Source: Candidatus Thorarchaeota archaeon
Lineage (GTDB): Archaea; Asgardarchaeota; Thorarchaeia; Thorarchaeales; Thorarchaeaceae
DNA: 64,000 nt
NCBI GenBank assembly: GCA_003345545.1
Contig: PRDH01000019.1
Location: forward strand, 24,129 to 88,128
Direction of reading: 5' to 3'
The number at the start of each line of letters is the position of its first letter. Position 1 is the stretch's first letter. The notes under the pieces are model-generated. The model did not search any database. It saw only the letters and a program-made list of their open reading frames with translations, and was not told the origin of the DNA. Below, piece after piece: positions 28,850 through 37,511 of this stretch. The translations under genes and the position numbers were made by a program.

Positions 28850-30328
28850 ATGTACAGTGGTAGCTATCGTTTTCAAGGCGTCTATCCAGCGTTAGTCACA
28901 CCGTTTGACGAGAACGGTGTAAATGAAAAGCAGTACAGAAACCTCATTGAGTATACGATCAAGGCCGGCGCCACGGGTATTGTTCCCTGCGGGACAACCG
29001 GAGAATTCACCAGCATGAGGTTTGATGAAAAAGTTGAAGCCATCAGAATTGCCTGTGAAGTGGCAAAGGACCGTGTTCCCGTTCTTGCAGGGACTGGGGC
29101 TGCCTACACAGGCGATGCAATCAAGCTGACACGACGAGCTTCCGAGCTAGGAGCTTCAGGAGCTCTGGTGGTTTCTCCATACTTCTTGAGACCTTCAGAC
29201 AAGGAGATATTCGAGCATTTTGAGAAGATTGCGAATAACAGCGACATTCCCATCTTCATTTATAATATCCCTCAGGTAACTGGTGTTCCCATCCATTGGA
29301 CGCTTGTCGATGGTCTGCGGGAGATTGATGGAATTGCAGGACTGAAGGATTCAAGTGGTGACCTGATTAATCTGACGACAATCCTTGTTCGCAAACCCGA
29401 GAGCTTCCAAGTAGTTGTCGGTCACGATGAGGTAGCACTTCCTGCTCTCGCATCAGGTTGTGATGGGGCTATACTCGCAAGTGCCAACGTTTTTCCCGAT
29501 AGGTACATCAAGATGCAGACTGCCTTGGCGAGTGGCTATCTCAAGGAAGCCATGATTATCCAGCGAAGCATCCAGAAGACAGTCCGCATCTTTGTGAACA
29601 GTGGTGGAGGAATGGCAATAAAGGCGGCCCTGAATATGATGGGTATCCCTGTCGGAAAGGCGAGGCCCCCTCTCCAGATTGGTGATTCTCTCAGCTATGC
29701 TGACCTTGATGAACTGAGGGCTTGCCTTGAGGATCTGCAAATGATTCCAAGAGGGCCAGTCACATTCAAGATGAGGGGCAACTCAGTAGTTGCAGAGAAC
29801 TACCCCAAGGCAGTGGGGCAAGTACCCGACACTGTGGCAGACTTGACTCTCCTTCATGGAGAGTCGTTATTCGGTTCAAATACTGAAGTGGCTCATGTCG
29901 ACCTTCTCCTTGGAATAAGAGATGGCCCAATAAAGGAGGCTCTTGCCAATGCAGGAAAGATTGCTGATGACCGGCATCCGTCCAATGTGATAAAGGATCT
30001 TGAGCTCACAACTGTATTTGCTCCGACAGTGACCATCACATCTGAGAAGCACAAGAAGCTGGTCTACGATGTCGCCCAGAAGGCGGTCAAAGATGCAGTC
30101 AAGCGTACCATTACAGATATGATTATCCCAGAAGAGCTAATCCCTGACCTTGTGATTGCTGTGAATGTCTTTGTTCACCCGAGCGCAGCGAATCCAAGGC
30201 GAGTGCACATCAATAATTTCATTGCTGTTCGCCATGCCATCCGACGTGCAATTGAAGGTCGTCAGAGTGTTGATGAGATAATCGCGCGTAAGGATTCTGC
30301 CAGGCATCCATTTGCCTATAACCCATAA
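28850..30328 (+). CDS. DHDPS/NAL-family aldolase fused to C-terminal Fae domain (paralog 2)
   Basis: GTTGEF, IYNIP, GLKDS; C-terminal GESLFG.NTEVAHVDLLLG.RDGP...PTVTI...AQKAV...VFVHPSA...NNF.AVRHAIRRA...ARHPF; GGAGGT SD (28837-28842) favours ATG 28850. Confidence 0.9.
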   Translation: MYSGSYRFQGVYPALVTPFDENGVNEKQYRNLIEYTIKAGATGIVPCGTTGEFTSMRFDEKVEAIRIACEVAKDRVPVLAGTGAAYTGDAIKLTRRASELGASGALVVSPYFLRPSDKEIFEHFEKIANNSDIPIFIYNIPQVTGVPIHWTLVDGLREIDGIAGLKDSSGDLINLTTILVRKPESFQVVVGHDEVALPALASGCDGAILASANVFPDRYIKMQTALASGYLKEAMIIQRSIQKTVRIFVNSGGGMAIKAALNMMGIPVGKARPPLQIGDSLSYADLDELRACLEDLQMIPRGPVTFKMRGNSVVAENYPKAVGQVPDTVADLTLLHGESLFGSNTEVAHVDLLLGIRDGPIKEALANAGKIADDRHPSNVIKDLELTTVFAPTVTITSEKHKKLVYDVAQKAVKDAVKRTITDMIIPEELIPDLVIAVNVFVHPSAANPRRVHINNFIAVRHAIRRAIEGRQSVDEIIARKDSARHPFAYNP

Positions 30329-30440
30329 GCCTGCTCTCAGTGTAATGTGAGGTGGTCATACGCTTGACCGTAGCATCAGTCTCTGCCAAAACATCATTGG
30401 CCATTTGTTAAGTCCACAAAAACTGGCATTACACTAATCA

Positions 30441-30467
30441 GAACTTCTAGGTACATCCTAGGAGTTC
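30441..30467. promoter_or_regulatory. Intergenic inverted repeat
   Basis: GAACTTCTAGG-tacat-CCTAGGAGTTC, 11-bp stem with one G:U pair. Confidence 0.4.
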
Positions 30468-30634
30468 CAAGAAGAGTGCGCCTTCAGAATAGCCCCTACC
30501 CCCTGTTTGGGCGCATTCCACGGTGCATTTCTGTCTGGTTCCTCTATATATACTTCAGTGTACATGTGTTGTACAAGTCTTGCATCCCTCTTAGACTGCC
30601 GCGTCATCACCACATCCGTCGGAGTAAAACAGGA

Positions 30635-30820
30635 ATGGCTGAGAACTACATCATTCGCATTGGCGATATTCCTTCTCGGAAAATCCGCAAGAGTGTTCGC
30701 GGATTCTTGGAGGATGAAGATGTCGCTGTTGTGGTCAATGATGGACAGATATTCGACGTAGTGCTCGAAAAGAATCGGCTTGTCATGAAGTCTGACGAAC
30801 TCTGGTCAGTTCAGAAATAG
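30635..30820 (+). CDS. Small hypothetical protein (61 aa)
   Basis: MAENYIIRIGDIPSRKIRKSVRGFLEDEDVAVVV...; GGAG upstream; protein-like amphipathic pattern. Confidence 0.55.
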   Translation: MAENYIIRIGDIPSRKIRKSVRGFLEDEDVAVVVNDGQIFDVVLEKNRLVMKSDELWSVQK

Positions 30821-31085
30821 TCGCGATTTGCTCTCGAATCTCTCCCCTAAATATCTGTCCAGTCGTTGAAGTGTGGATCTCAGCCCAATTCCTACCTCAT
30901 TCTTTCAAAGAAAAAGTGGCAAATCTCAGCCTGCTCTTGGCTCGTCATCGCTAATGCTCAGACAGGGGTAACTGCCTCATCGATTGCCATCTCTACTAGC
31001 AACATCTAGCCTTATGAAAGTGTTCAAAGCTGAATCAGAATCTTCTTAGCGATAAAGCTACTCAGCCCATCTCGGTGTTGAATCC

Positions 31086-32213
31086 GTGCTAGAGTCTAGA
31101 GTGCTCTCACTTCTGAGGGATTTGGTGGCAACGAGCTCAGAAAATCCTCCTGGCCGTGAAGACAAAGTCGCCAAGGTGCTTCGCGAGCATATGGAATCGC
31201 ATGGAATCGGCTGTGTGTCAGTTGGTCCAAGCAGGCGCCCAAATCTGATATTCTCAAGTCATGATGGTCGCCACGCCGACTTGGTCATGCATGGTCATAT
31301 GGATACTGTGCCTGTTGGCAGGCCAGAGAGTTGGTCTCACGATCCCTTCGGGTCGGAGATTGTTGATGGGGCGTTCTATGGAAGAGGAGCCTGTGATATG
31401 AAAGGTCCACTCGCGGCACTCGCAGAGACCCTTATCATCTATGCTGAGGAACATCATCATCAGCCTCTTCTTGTGCTCAACACGTCAGATGAGGAGAGAG
31501 TCTTTTCAGGCGCAGAAAATGTGGTCAAGAGTGGGGAACTTGCTGGGGTACGATACGGAGTCTGTGCAGAACCCACCAATTTGCAGGTCCTTGCTGGGGA
31601 GAAGGGCCTATTCTGGTCAAGGATTGTGGCGACTGGAAAATCCGCCCATGGTTCGCGTCCGGAGCTGGGAGTGAATGCAATCAGCGCCTGCATTGACGCA
31701 ATTGATGTTCTACTTTCTGATGAATACCCATATGAAAAAGACCGACTGCTAGGCAAACCCACAGTAAACGTTGGATTAATCCGAGGCGGTATCATGGTCA
31801 ATGTTGTTCCAGATAGCTGCGAAGCGCAGCTGGATTTTCGGACTGCCAAAGGGCAGAGTCCCGAATCTCTCATGAAGTTGATGAACGAACGGCTGAACTC
31901 AGCAGGCCTATCTAATCGAGTAAAAGTTGAGTATATGCATGGAAAGCCAGCGGTCTTGACACCCCATGATTCAGTCATAGTCCAAGTCGCAGTTGAGGAA
32001 GTAGAGAGAGCGACCGGAGTTCATTCCGCACTGGGAGCTGCAACATATGGCACAGACTGCTCCGTCCTGCAGACGAAGGCTGGAATCCTCAATGTCATCT
32101 GTGGCCCCGGGATGATAGAGCATGCTCACCAGCCTGATGAGCATATCAGTCTGAATCAGTTGTACAAGGCTGTTGACGTCTTTCTAGGAATAGCTCGGAG
32201 ATTCGATCAATGA
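31086..32213 (+). CDS. M20 family metallopeptidase / ArgE-DapE-like deacylase
   Basis: HGHMDTVP, GRGACDMKG, SDEE, AEPT, GKSAHGS.PE.G.NA, AHQPDE. Confidence 0.92.
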   Translation: MLESRVLSLLRDLVATSSENPPGREDKVAKVLREHMESHGIGCVSVGPSRRPNLIFSSHDGRHADLVMHGHMDTVPVGRPESWSHDPFGSEIVDGAFYGRGACDMKGPLAALAETLIIYAEEHHHQPLLVLNTSDEERVFSGAENVVKSGELAGVRYGVCAEPTNLQVLAGEKGLFWSRIVATGKSAHGSRPELGVNAISACIDAIDVLLSDEYPYEKDRLLGKPTVNVGLIRGGIMVNVVPDSCEAQLDFRTAKGQSPESLMKLMNERLNSAGLSNRVKVEYMHGKPAVLTPHDSVIVQVAVEEVERATGVHSALGAATYGTDCSVLQTKAGILNVICGPGMIEHAHQPDEHISLNQLYKAVDVFLGIARRFDQ

Positions 32214-32447
32214 ATTAATTCCCTACGCAATTCATCTTGGCGATAAGCAGACTATCGATGTAGCTCCGAGTCCATAAATGGCACTCACGACATCTCCCCA
32301 TAGTCAGTATTCCTATTGGTTCCTTTATATCCGTCAAGAAACGTCGTAGCTATGAAACCGCAGTCTCCATCAGGGGAAGCTTTAAAGTTGGCGTTGTGTT
32401 GAAGGAGCCTGCTGCGTTGTTGTAACAGAGCAGTGGGGCAACCTTTG

Positions 32448-32963
32448 ATGCAAATCACCGTACTCTTTACAGATCCGCTATTCCTGATTGTTTTGGTTTG
32501 GATACTCGCAGCTATTGCTGCAGCAATCTGGGCGCGCCGACCAAGAACCAAAGTGGCCAAGGTCAAAGGGCCTCTGATGAAACAGATCGGGAAGATGATA
32601 GGTGAAACAGAGAAGGGTGGCAAATTATCCGTGCCTGCTGTGAGAACGAGGCAAGAGATAATCACACGCATGTTTGAATCAAAGATGGATGCAATCGGTC
32701 TAGAACCATCCAAGGATGGCGGCTATATTCCTGTATCCACAACACCTCTAGCAAGATTCCTGAAGGACCGCGGTGTGCCAGATGATACTATCGATGCGAT
32801 TCTCGCCGGTCTAATGGAAGAGAAACAAGAAACCGAAGTGCGAGCCATCATTGACGCCGCAGCCGATTCGCCAGAGATTAATCTCGTTGGTAATGAATTG
32901 GACAAGGCAAAGGATCTTGCTGTGGAAGAATGGAAGAATCTCCGTGCGTCTGGGAAAGCCTAG
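32448..32963 (+). CDS. Single-pass membrane protein whose cytoplasmic part resembles the tail of the giant surface protein
   Basis: TM PLFLIVLVWILAAIAAAIW then RR; motifs MKQIGKMI..EKG, VRTRQEII..MF and LKDRGVP...IDAIL. Confidence 0.75.
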   Translation: MQITVLFTDPLFLIVLVWILAAIAAAIWARRPRTKVAKVKGPLMKQIGKMIGETEKGGKLSVPAVRTRQEIITRMFESKMDAIGLEPSKDGGYIPVSTTPLARFLKDRGVPDDTIDAILAGLMEEKQETEVRAIIDAAADSPEINLVGNELDKAKDLAVEEWKNLRASGKA

Positions 32964-32978
32964 GAGGGCAATCGCAGA

Positions 32979-33704
32979 TTGACTGAGCTTTTGCATATGA
33001 GAGACAATTATCAAAAATCATTTGATGCTAAAGTAGTTGCATCGGGGGCAGACTATGTCACTCTCGATCGTACTGCATTCTATCCGGAGGGTGGCGGTCA
33101 GTCCAGCGATGTTGGTGAACTCTCGGATGGTTCGCGTACCGTTCACGTAAAAGAAGTACGGAAAGTTGAGGGGGAAGTCCTCCATAAAATAGACGGACCT
33201 CCCTTTGCAAAAGGCACATCCTTGCATGGCGAAATCGACTGGAACGCTCGATACAAGTGTATGCGTTTTCACACTGCTCAACATATTCTCTCTCGCTATC
33301 TTCAACTGAATTACGGAGTCGAAACGGTCGGTAACAGTATCTCGTCTAACGAGAGTAGAGCCGACTATTCGCCCCTAGATTCATTTGAAGACGAGATGAA
33401 GAGAAACGTTGAAGCTGGTGTGAACGGCCTCATTCGGCGGAATATGGATGTCGAGGTTAGGTTCATGCCACGCAGTGAAGCTATCTCCTACTTGGAGCAG
33501 AGAGGATATCAAGCCCGATATCTGGAAATGGTGCCCAAGTCCGTGAAAGAGTTTCGTATACTACTCATTGGGGACTATGATGCCGCATCATGTGCTGGGA
33601 CTCATGTTGCCAATACAAAAGAGATTGGCGGAATCCAAATTGGCAAGTCCAAGAATGTGGGAGCCGGCAAGCGACGCATATATTTCCAGTTGCATTCTCC
33701 CTAA
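32979..33704 (+). CDS. alaX: AlaX trans-editing protein (AlaX-M type)
   Basis: LDRTAFYPEGGGQ..D.G, HTAQH, CAGTH. Confidence 0.92.
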   Translation: MTELLHMRDNYQKSFDAKVVASGADYVTLDRTAFYPEGGGQSSDVGELSDGSRTVHVKEVRKVEGEVLHKIDGPPFAKGTSLHGEIDWNARYKCMRFHTAQHILSRYLQLNYGVETVGNSISSNESRADYSPLDSFEDEMKRNVEAGVNGLIRRNMDVEVRFMPRSEAISYLEQRGYQARYLEMVPKSVKEFRILLIGDYDAASCAGTHVANTKEIGGIQIGKSKNVGAGKRRIYFQLHSP

Positions 33705-33774
33705 TTGGTACAAATTCATTACAGGACTAACAGTTTTATGCATCAAAAGACTGAGCATAAGTAGTGTGAGCATA

Positions 33775-35070
33775 ATGAAGGCGCTCGTGCTTACTGCCGG
33801 AGAAGGACAACGGTTGAGACCCCTAACATCCAACCGTTCAAAATCAATGTTGATGATCGCAGGAAGACCGGTCCTGCAATACATCATTGACAGTCTTGTC
33901 GCAAATGACATCCATGATATTGTCATGGTTGTTGGACACGGACGTGAGGAATTAATCGACCATTTCCAAATGGGTGACGGTGAAGATATCAGGATTTCAT
34001 ATGTCATTCAGCATAAACAGGAAGGCGCTGAGAACGCCATTCTGACTGCAAAGGAAGAACTCAAGTCCGAAGAGGAATTCTTGCTGATAAATGGTGATGT
34101 TCTCGTTGAGCCCGAAATGGTAACTAGAACTCTCTCCAATCACGAAACGACAGGCTCGAATGTGACAATGTTGGTCACACTAGTATCTAATCCTGAGCAA
34201 TTCGGGACAGTCAAGATAGGCTCCGATGGTATTGTTCAGAAATTGGTTGAGAAGGGCGGTCCAGATCGCTACCTCAGTAATTACGCAGTAGCAGGAGTAT
34301 CTGTCTTCAGCAAGGAGATCCTCGGGCTTCTAGAGAAACATGGCAAGATGGAAACGGCCTTTGAAGAGCTGATTGGCAAGGGGGAGAAGGTCTCTGCTGC
34401 GGTGTGGGAAAAGGAATGGGCTGAATTCACGTGGCCTTGGGACATACTGAATGCAAACAGAGTCGTAATGGACCGCCAACTTCGAGGGAAGGGGAGCTTC
34501 ATCGCAGAGTCAGCAGAGATTCATCCGAGTGTTGTGATTGAAGGCTCGGTCTTTATTGATGAGGGTGTAATCGTCAGGCCTAACACAACTCTGGTTGGTC
34601 CCATTTATTTGGGGAAGAGAGTCTATATTGGAAACAACTCATTGATTCGTGACTATTGTAGCCTCTGTGATGGCGTACGAATCGGCTATGCTGTCGAGGT
34701 GCGAAATAGCATGGTCTTTGAGCGCGTCAATGTTGGCCGGATGACCTATCTTGCAGATTCAATAGTCGGTGCTGACACCTGCATCGAGGCTGGAGCGCAA
34801 CTCTGGAATTGGAGACCCGGAGGCGAACCGCTCTTCCTAGAGAGCGGAGACGAGCGCGTTCAAGTGCCTTCAAGGAAGTTCGGAGCGATTATTGGCGACA
34901 ATGTTGTCATCGGAGTAAATGCATCTATATATCCTGCCACTCGAATTGGTGAGAATAGCATTATCTCTGCTGGATGTGTAATCGAAGATGATATTCCCCC
35001 CAACAGCGAAGTCACGATGCAACAGAAGTTGAAAATCTCAGGCCGTAAGAATGTCAAAGGTTGCGATTAG
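33775..35070 (+). CDS. Bifunctional sugar-1-phosphate nucleotidyltransferase / acetyltransferase (archaeal GlmU-like)
   Basis: MKALVLTAGEGQRLRPLT, NGD, C-terminal hexapeptide repeats, RKFGAIIGD. Confidence 0.88.
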   Translation: MKALVLTAGEGQRLRPLTSNRSKSMLMIAGRPVLQYIIDSLVANDIHDIVMVVGHGREELIDHFQMGDGEDIRISYVIQHKQEGAENAILTAKEELKSEEEFLLINGDVLVEPEMVTRTLSNHETTGSNVTMLVTLVSNPEQFGTVKIGSDGIVQKLVEKGGPDRYLSNYAVAGVSVFSKEILGLLEKHGKMETAFEELIGKGEKVSAAVWEKEWAEFTWPWDILNANRVVMDRQLRGKGSFIAESAEIHPSVVIEGSVFIDEGVIVRPNTTLVGPIYLGKRVYIGNNSLIRDYCSLCDGVRIGYAVEVRNSMVFERVNVGRMTYLADSIVGADTCIEAGAQLWNWRPGGEPLFLESGDERVQVPSRKFGAIIGDNVVIGVNASIYPATRIGENSIISAGCVIEDDIPPNSEVTMQQKLKISGRKNVKGCD

Positions 35071-35732
35071 ATCTTCGAGTTGCTGTAGCTTCCGATTTCC
35101 TGACCATCTGCGTAAACACGGGTGATTCCTTCTCGAGCAATCAGCTCTATCTTGGAATCTTTGGTATCACCAGTCACAGTGAAGACGTTTCCATCGACAG
35201 CTATGTCGATTTGCTTGTTTGAATGGCGAATGCTTACCTCATGACTCAGCAGTTCACGCCCTCCCTTCTTGCTAGGGACAAGTTGCATCTCACGTAGGAG
35301 TGCATCCAACTGGGTCAATTCAAGTCCAAGGAGATGCCCCCGAATCGTCCTATAGCCTAGATACCTATCCCTTCCGCGACTGATGATGTAGTCCTCATAT
35401 TTCCCAGTAGTCGCGCGTTCAGCAGCAAGGTAAGGTCCTAGACCTCGTTCAATGACATCGATATCCGTGCTTCTCTCTGTCGTGGAATGATTATCTTGCG
35501 CTGGATGGCTAAGTTCATGAGAAAGCAATCCTAGAAGAGCTGCTTCATGCCACTTCTTGGTCTGAGTATTGCATGTGATTCTAATACTCCCCGGAAGTGA
35601 AGTCCAGCTCACTGTGCCGAAGAATGATGTTCTCTTCCATCCGACATCAATATCACTAGGTCTTAGTTCTGGGTACGCTTCTTCTACAAGCAGGCGGATT
35701 AGCTCCTGCAAATCTCGATGTCTGTCCACCAT
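35067..35732 (-). CDS. Hypothetical zincin-like protein
   Basis: GLLSHELSH (HExxH), downstream ERSTD. Confidence 0.65.
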   Translation of the reverse strand: MVDRHRDLQELIRLLVEEAYPELRPSDIDVGWKRTSFFGTVSWTSLPGSIRITCNTQTKKWHEAALLGLLSHELSHPAQDNHSTTERSTDIDVIERGLGPYLAAERATTGKYEDYIISRGRDRYLGYRTIRGHLLGLELTQLDALLREMQLVPSKKGGRELLSHEVSIRHSNKQIDIAVDGNVFTVTGDTKDSKIELIAREGITRVYADGQEIGSYSNSKI

Positions 35733-35838
35733 ATCTTCGTCATTCTGATGCTGAAAGACTGACTAATGAGCATATTTAAAAGTCAGACTCCGGTTTTTCG
35801 CGCCGACCTAGTCAGCGTTATCTAGGAGAGTAATCATC

Positions 35839-36672
35839 ATTAGCAGAAAGAAGTGGGGCAAATCAACCGTCAAGACTGAGAAGACAATACGTGATGCAAT
35901 TCCTAGGCCCGAGGCTCTAACTGGAATCAACGAGTACTTGGCCAAGGCTAGGTCTGTCACCCCCTACGATCTTGCCAATCGTTTCAACATCAGGATGAGT
36001 GTCGCTCGGCGAATCCTCAGAGAGAAGGAGGCTAAGGGCGATGTCATTCCTTATGTGCGGGAGAGCGGTTTTGTTGTTTACACGACGCCGGCGGAAATCC
36101 AGAAGAGAGAGGGCGGCGTCCCGATCATGATTTCTGATGCACTCGCAGAAGTTGCATCTTCAGTGAGTGCAGAACCAGTGATTACTGAGGAAATGGAACT
36201 GGCTCTCTTGGCTGCAGGTACTCCTGGAGCTGTCAAACCTAGTATGCTAGCCAGAAAAAGAAGAGAGGCTGGCGAGAAGAAAGCTCGCAAAGACACCAGA
36301 CCTGAAGTGATTGTAGAACCTCTCGATATTGCTCTTGTGCGCGGCCCTGAACATGCATTCGAGGCCACCAAGAGTACTGCGGCAGGCGAAGCGGCTCCTG
36401 TAGAGGAAGTTCCAAAGAAGGCTGCTGAGAAGAAGGAAGAGAGGCCCAAGAAGGAAGTTCCGAAGAAGGCAGTTGCAAAGAAGGAAGAGAGGCCCAAGAA
36501 GGAAGTTCCAAAGAAGGCAGCTGCAAAGAAGGAAGAGAGGCCCAAGAAGGAAGTTCCAAAGAAGGCAGCTGCAAAGAAGGAAGAGAAGCCCAAGAAGGAA
36601 GTTCCAAAGAAGGCAGCTGCAAAGAAGGAAGAGAAGCCCAAGAAGGCTACATCAAAGAAGAAGTCTGAGTAA
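35839..36672 (+). CDS. rps25e: Ribosomal protein eS25 with long C-terminal extension; probable non-AUG start
   Basis: SRKKWGKS..., VTPYDLANRFNIRMSVARRILRE, VYT; in-frame TAG at 35809 and no ATG/GTG/TTG before 35938; AGGAG at 35824. Confidence 0.85.
   Translation: MSRKKWGKSTVKTEKTIRDAIPRPEALTGINEYLAKARSVTPYDLANRFNIRMSVARRILREKEAKGDVIPYVRESGFVVYTTPAEIQKREGGVPIMISDALAEVASSVSAEPVITEEMELALLAAGTPGAVKPSMLARKRREAGEKKARKDTRPEVIVEPLDIALVRGPEHAFEATKSTAAGEAAPVEEVPKKAAEKKEERPKKEVPKKAVAKKEERPKKEVPKKAAAKKEERPKKEVPKKAAAKKEEKPKKEVPKKAAAKKEEKPKKATSKKKSE
36406..36645 (+). repeat. Five tandem 48-bp coding repeats (EVPKKAAAKKEE[R/K]PKK)
   Basis: Near-identical direct repeats within the eS25 tail. Confidence 0.95.
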
Positions 36673-36676
36673 TCAC

Positions 36677-36692
36677 AGTGCACTAGTGCACT
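36677..36692. other. Perfect 16-bp palindrome AGTGCACTAGTGCACT just after the eS25 stop
   Basis: Seen directly; lies between convergent genes. Confidence 0.5.
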
Positions 36693-36832
36693 CATAGTGA
36701 CACTGGATGCTCATCTATCTACATGGCGCTGCAAAAGATAGTCTGTGGCTCATGCCTTAATTTCTGGATATGACCAGGAATGTGCCAAGTATGAGCCGTT
36801 ACTTCGGTCTTTGCCTAACACAACAGCTTCAA

Positions 36833-37423
36833 CTACTTGAGCGCAGTGATTTGCTTATCCAGGCCTTCGAGTTGAGCATCAAGATCTGCTTCTTTTGACT
36901 TGTACTCGTCCTCTGGAATGTACCCACGCATGTAGTCGAATCGAAGGTCCGTCAATTGAGCCTTAAGGCGGTCCTTCTGTTGGAGGAGAAAATCAAGTTG
37001 GTCGCTGCCTTCTGCGGCTGGAGCTAATTCCACTTCTGGTTCGTAGGCTGGCTCGGGTTTTGGAGCCGCTTTTGGTGTTGGTTTCTGAACAGCTTGAGGC
37101 GCTGGTTGAGGCTTAGGAGCTGGAGTTGGCTTAACCTCCGGCGCAGGTTCCGGTCTGGATCTAGGTGCCGGAGTTTCAAGTTTTGGGGCTTCTGTCTTGA
37201 CACTCTCCATCTTTTCCATATTCTGCCTCAGAGCTTCAATCTGATCGGCTATCTCTGCGAAGCTATCATTAATCGTCTGATTAATGTTCATCTTCATCCT
37301 TGCGAAGTTCTCAGCCAACGTATCCGCGAGCTTCTTTGTTTCAGCCACGTTCTCGGCAAAGTCTTCGATTTCCTTCAACTTCTCCATGATGGCGGATAAG
37401 TCAAATGACATTTTCTTGCTCAC
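36833..37423 (-). CDS. Coiled-coil + Pro/Ala/Glu linker + C-terminal helical hairpin (SHOCT/CdvA-like motif) protein
   Basis: LTDLRFDYMRGYIPEDEYKSKEADL; GTG start. Confidence 0.7.
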   Translation of the reverse strand: MSKKMSFDLSAIMEKLKEIEDFAENVAETKKLADTLAENFARMKMNINQTINDSFAEIADQIEALRQNMEKMESVKTEAPKLETPAPRSRPEPAPEVKPTPAPKPQPAPQAVQKPTPKAAPKPEPAYEPEVELAPAAEGSDQLDFLLQQKDRLKAQLTDLRFDYMRGYIPEDEYKSKEADLDAQLEGLDKQITALK

Positions 37424-37511
37424 CTATGGTCGCCTGTTATCGATAATTCGTTTGTTTGATTCTTAACCTTTGCCTTGATGCATCTATACCGAAAAACGGG
37501 CAGTCTACCTG

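Noticed and set aside
27447-30328. Calling both genes dapA (lysine biosynthesis), supported by the nearby DapE-like gene
   Set aside because: The ASA-binding Arg is absent, Fae fusions are present and no dapB is adjacent; not excluded, so no symbol was assigned
36406-36645. 48-bp direct repeats as a possible CRISPR array
   Set aside because: No spacers, in-frame multiples of 3 inside a CDS, and no cas genes
36078-36697. Antisense and alternate-frame ORFs of 205, 127 and 74 aa
   Set aside because: Shadows of the stop-poor eS25 repeat tail
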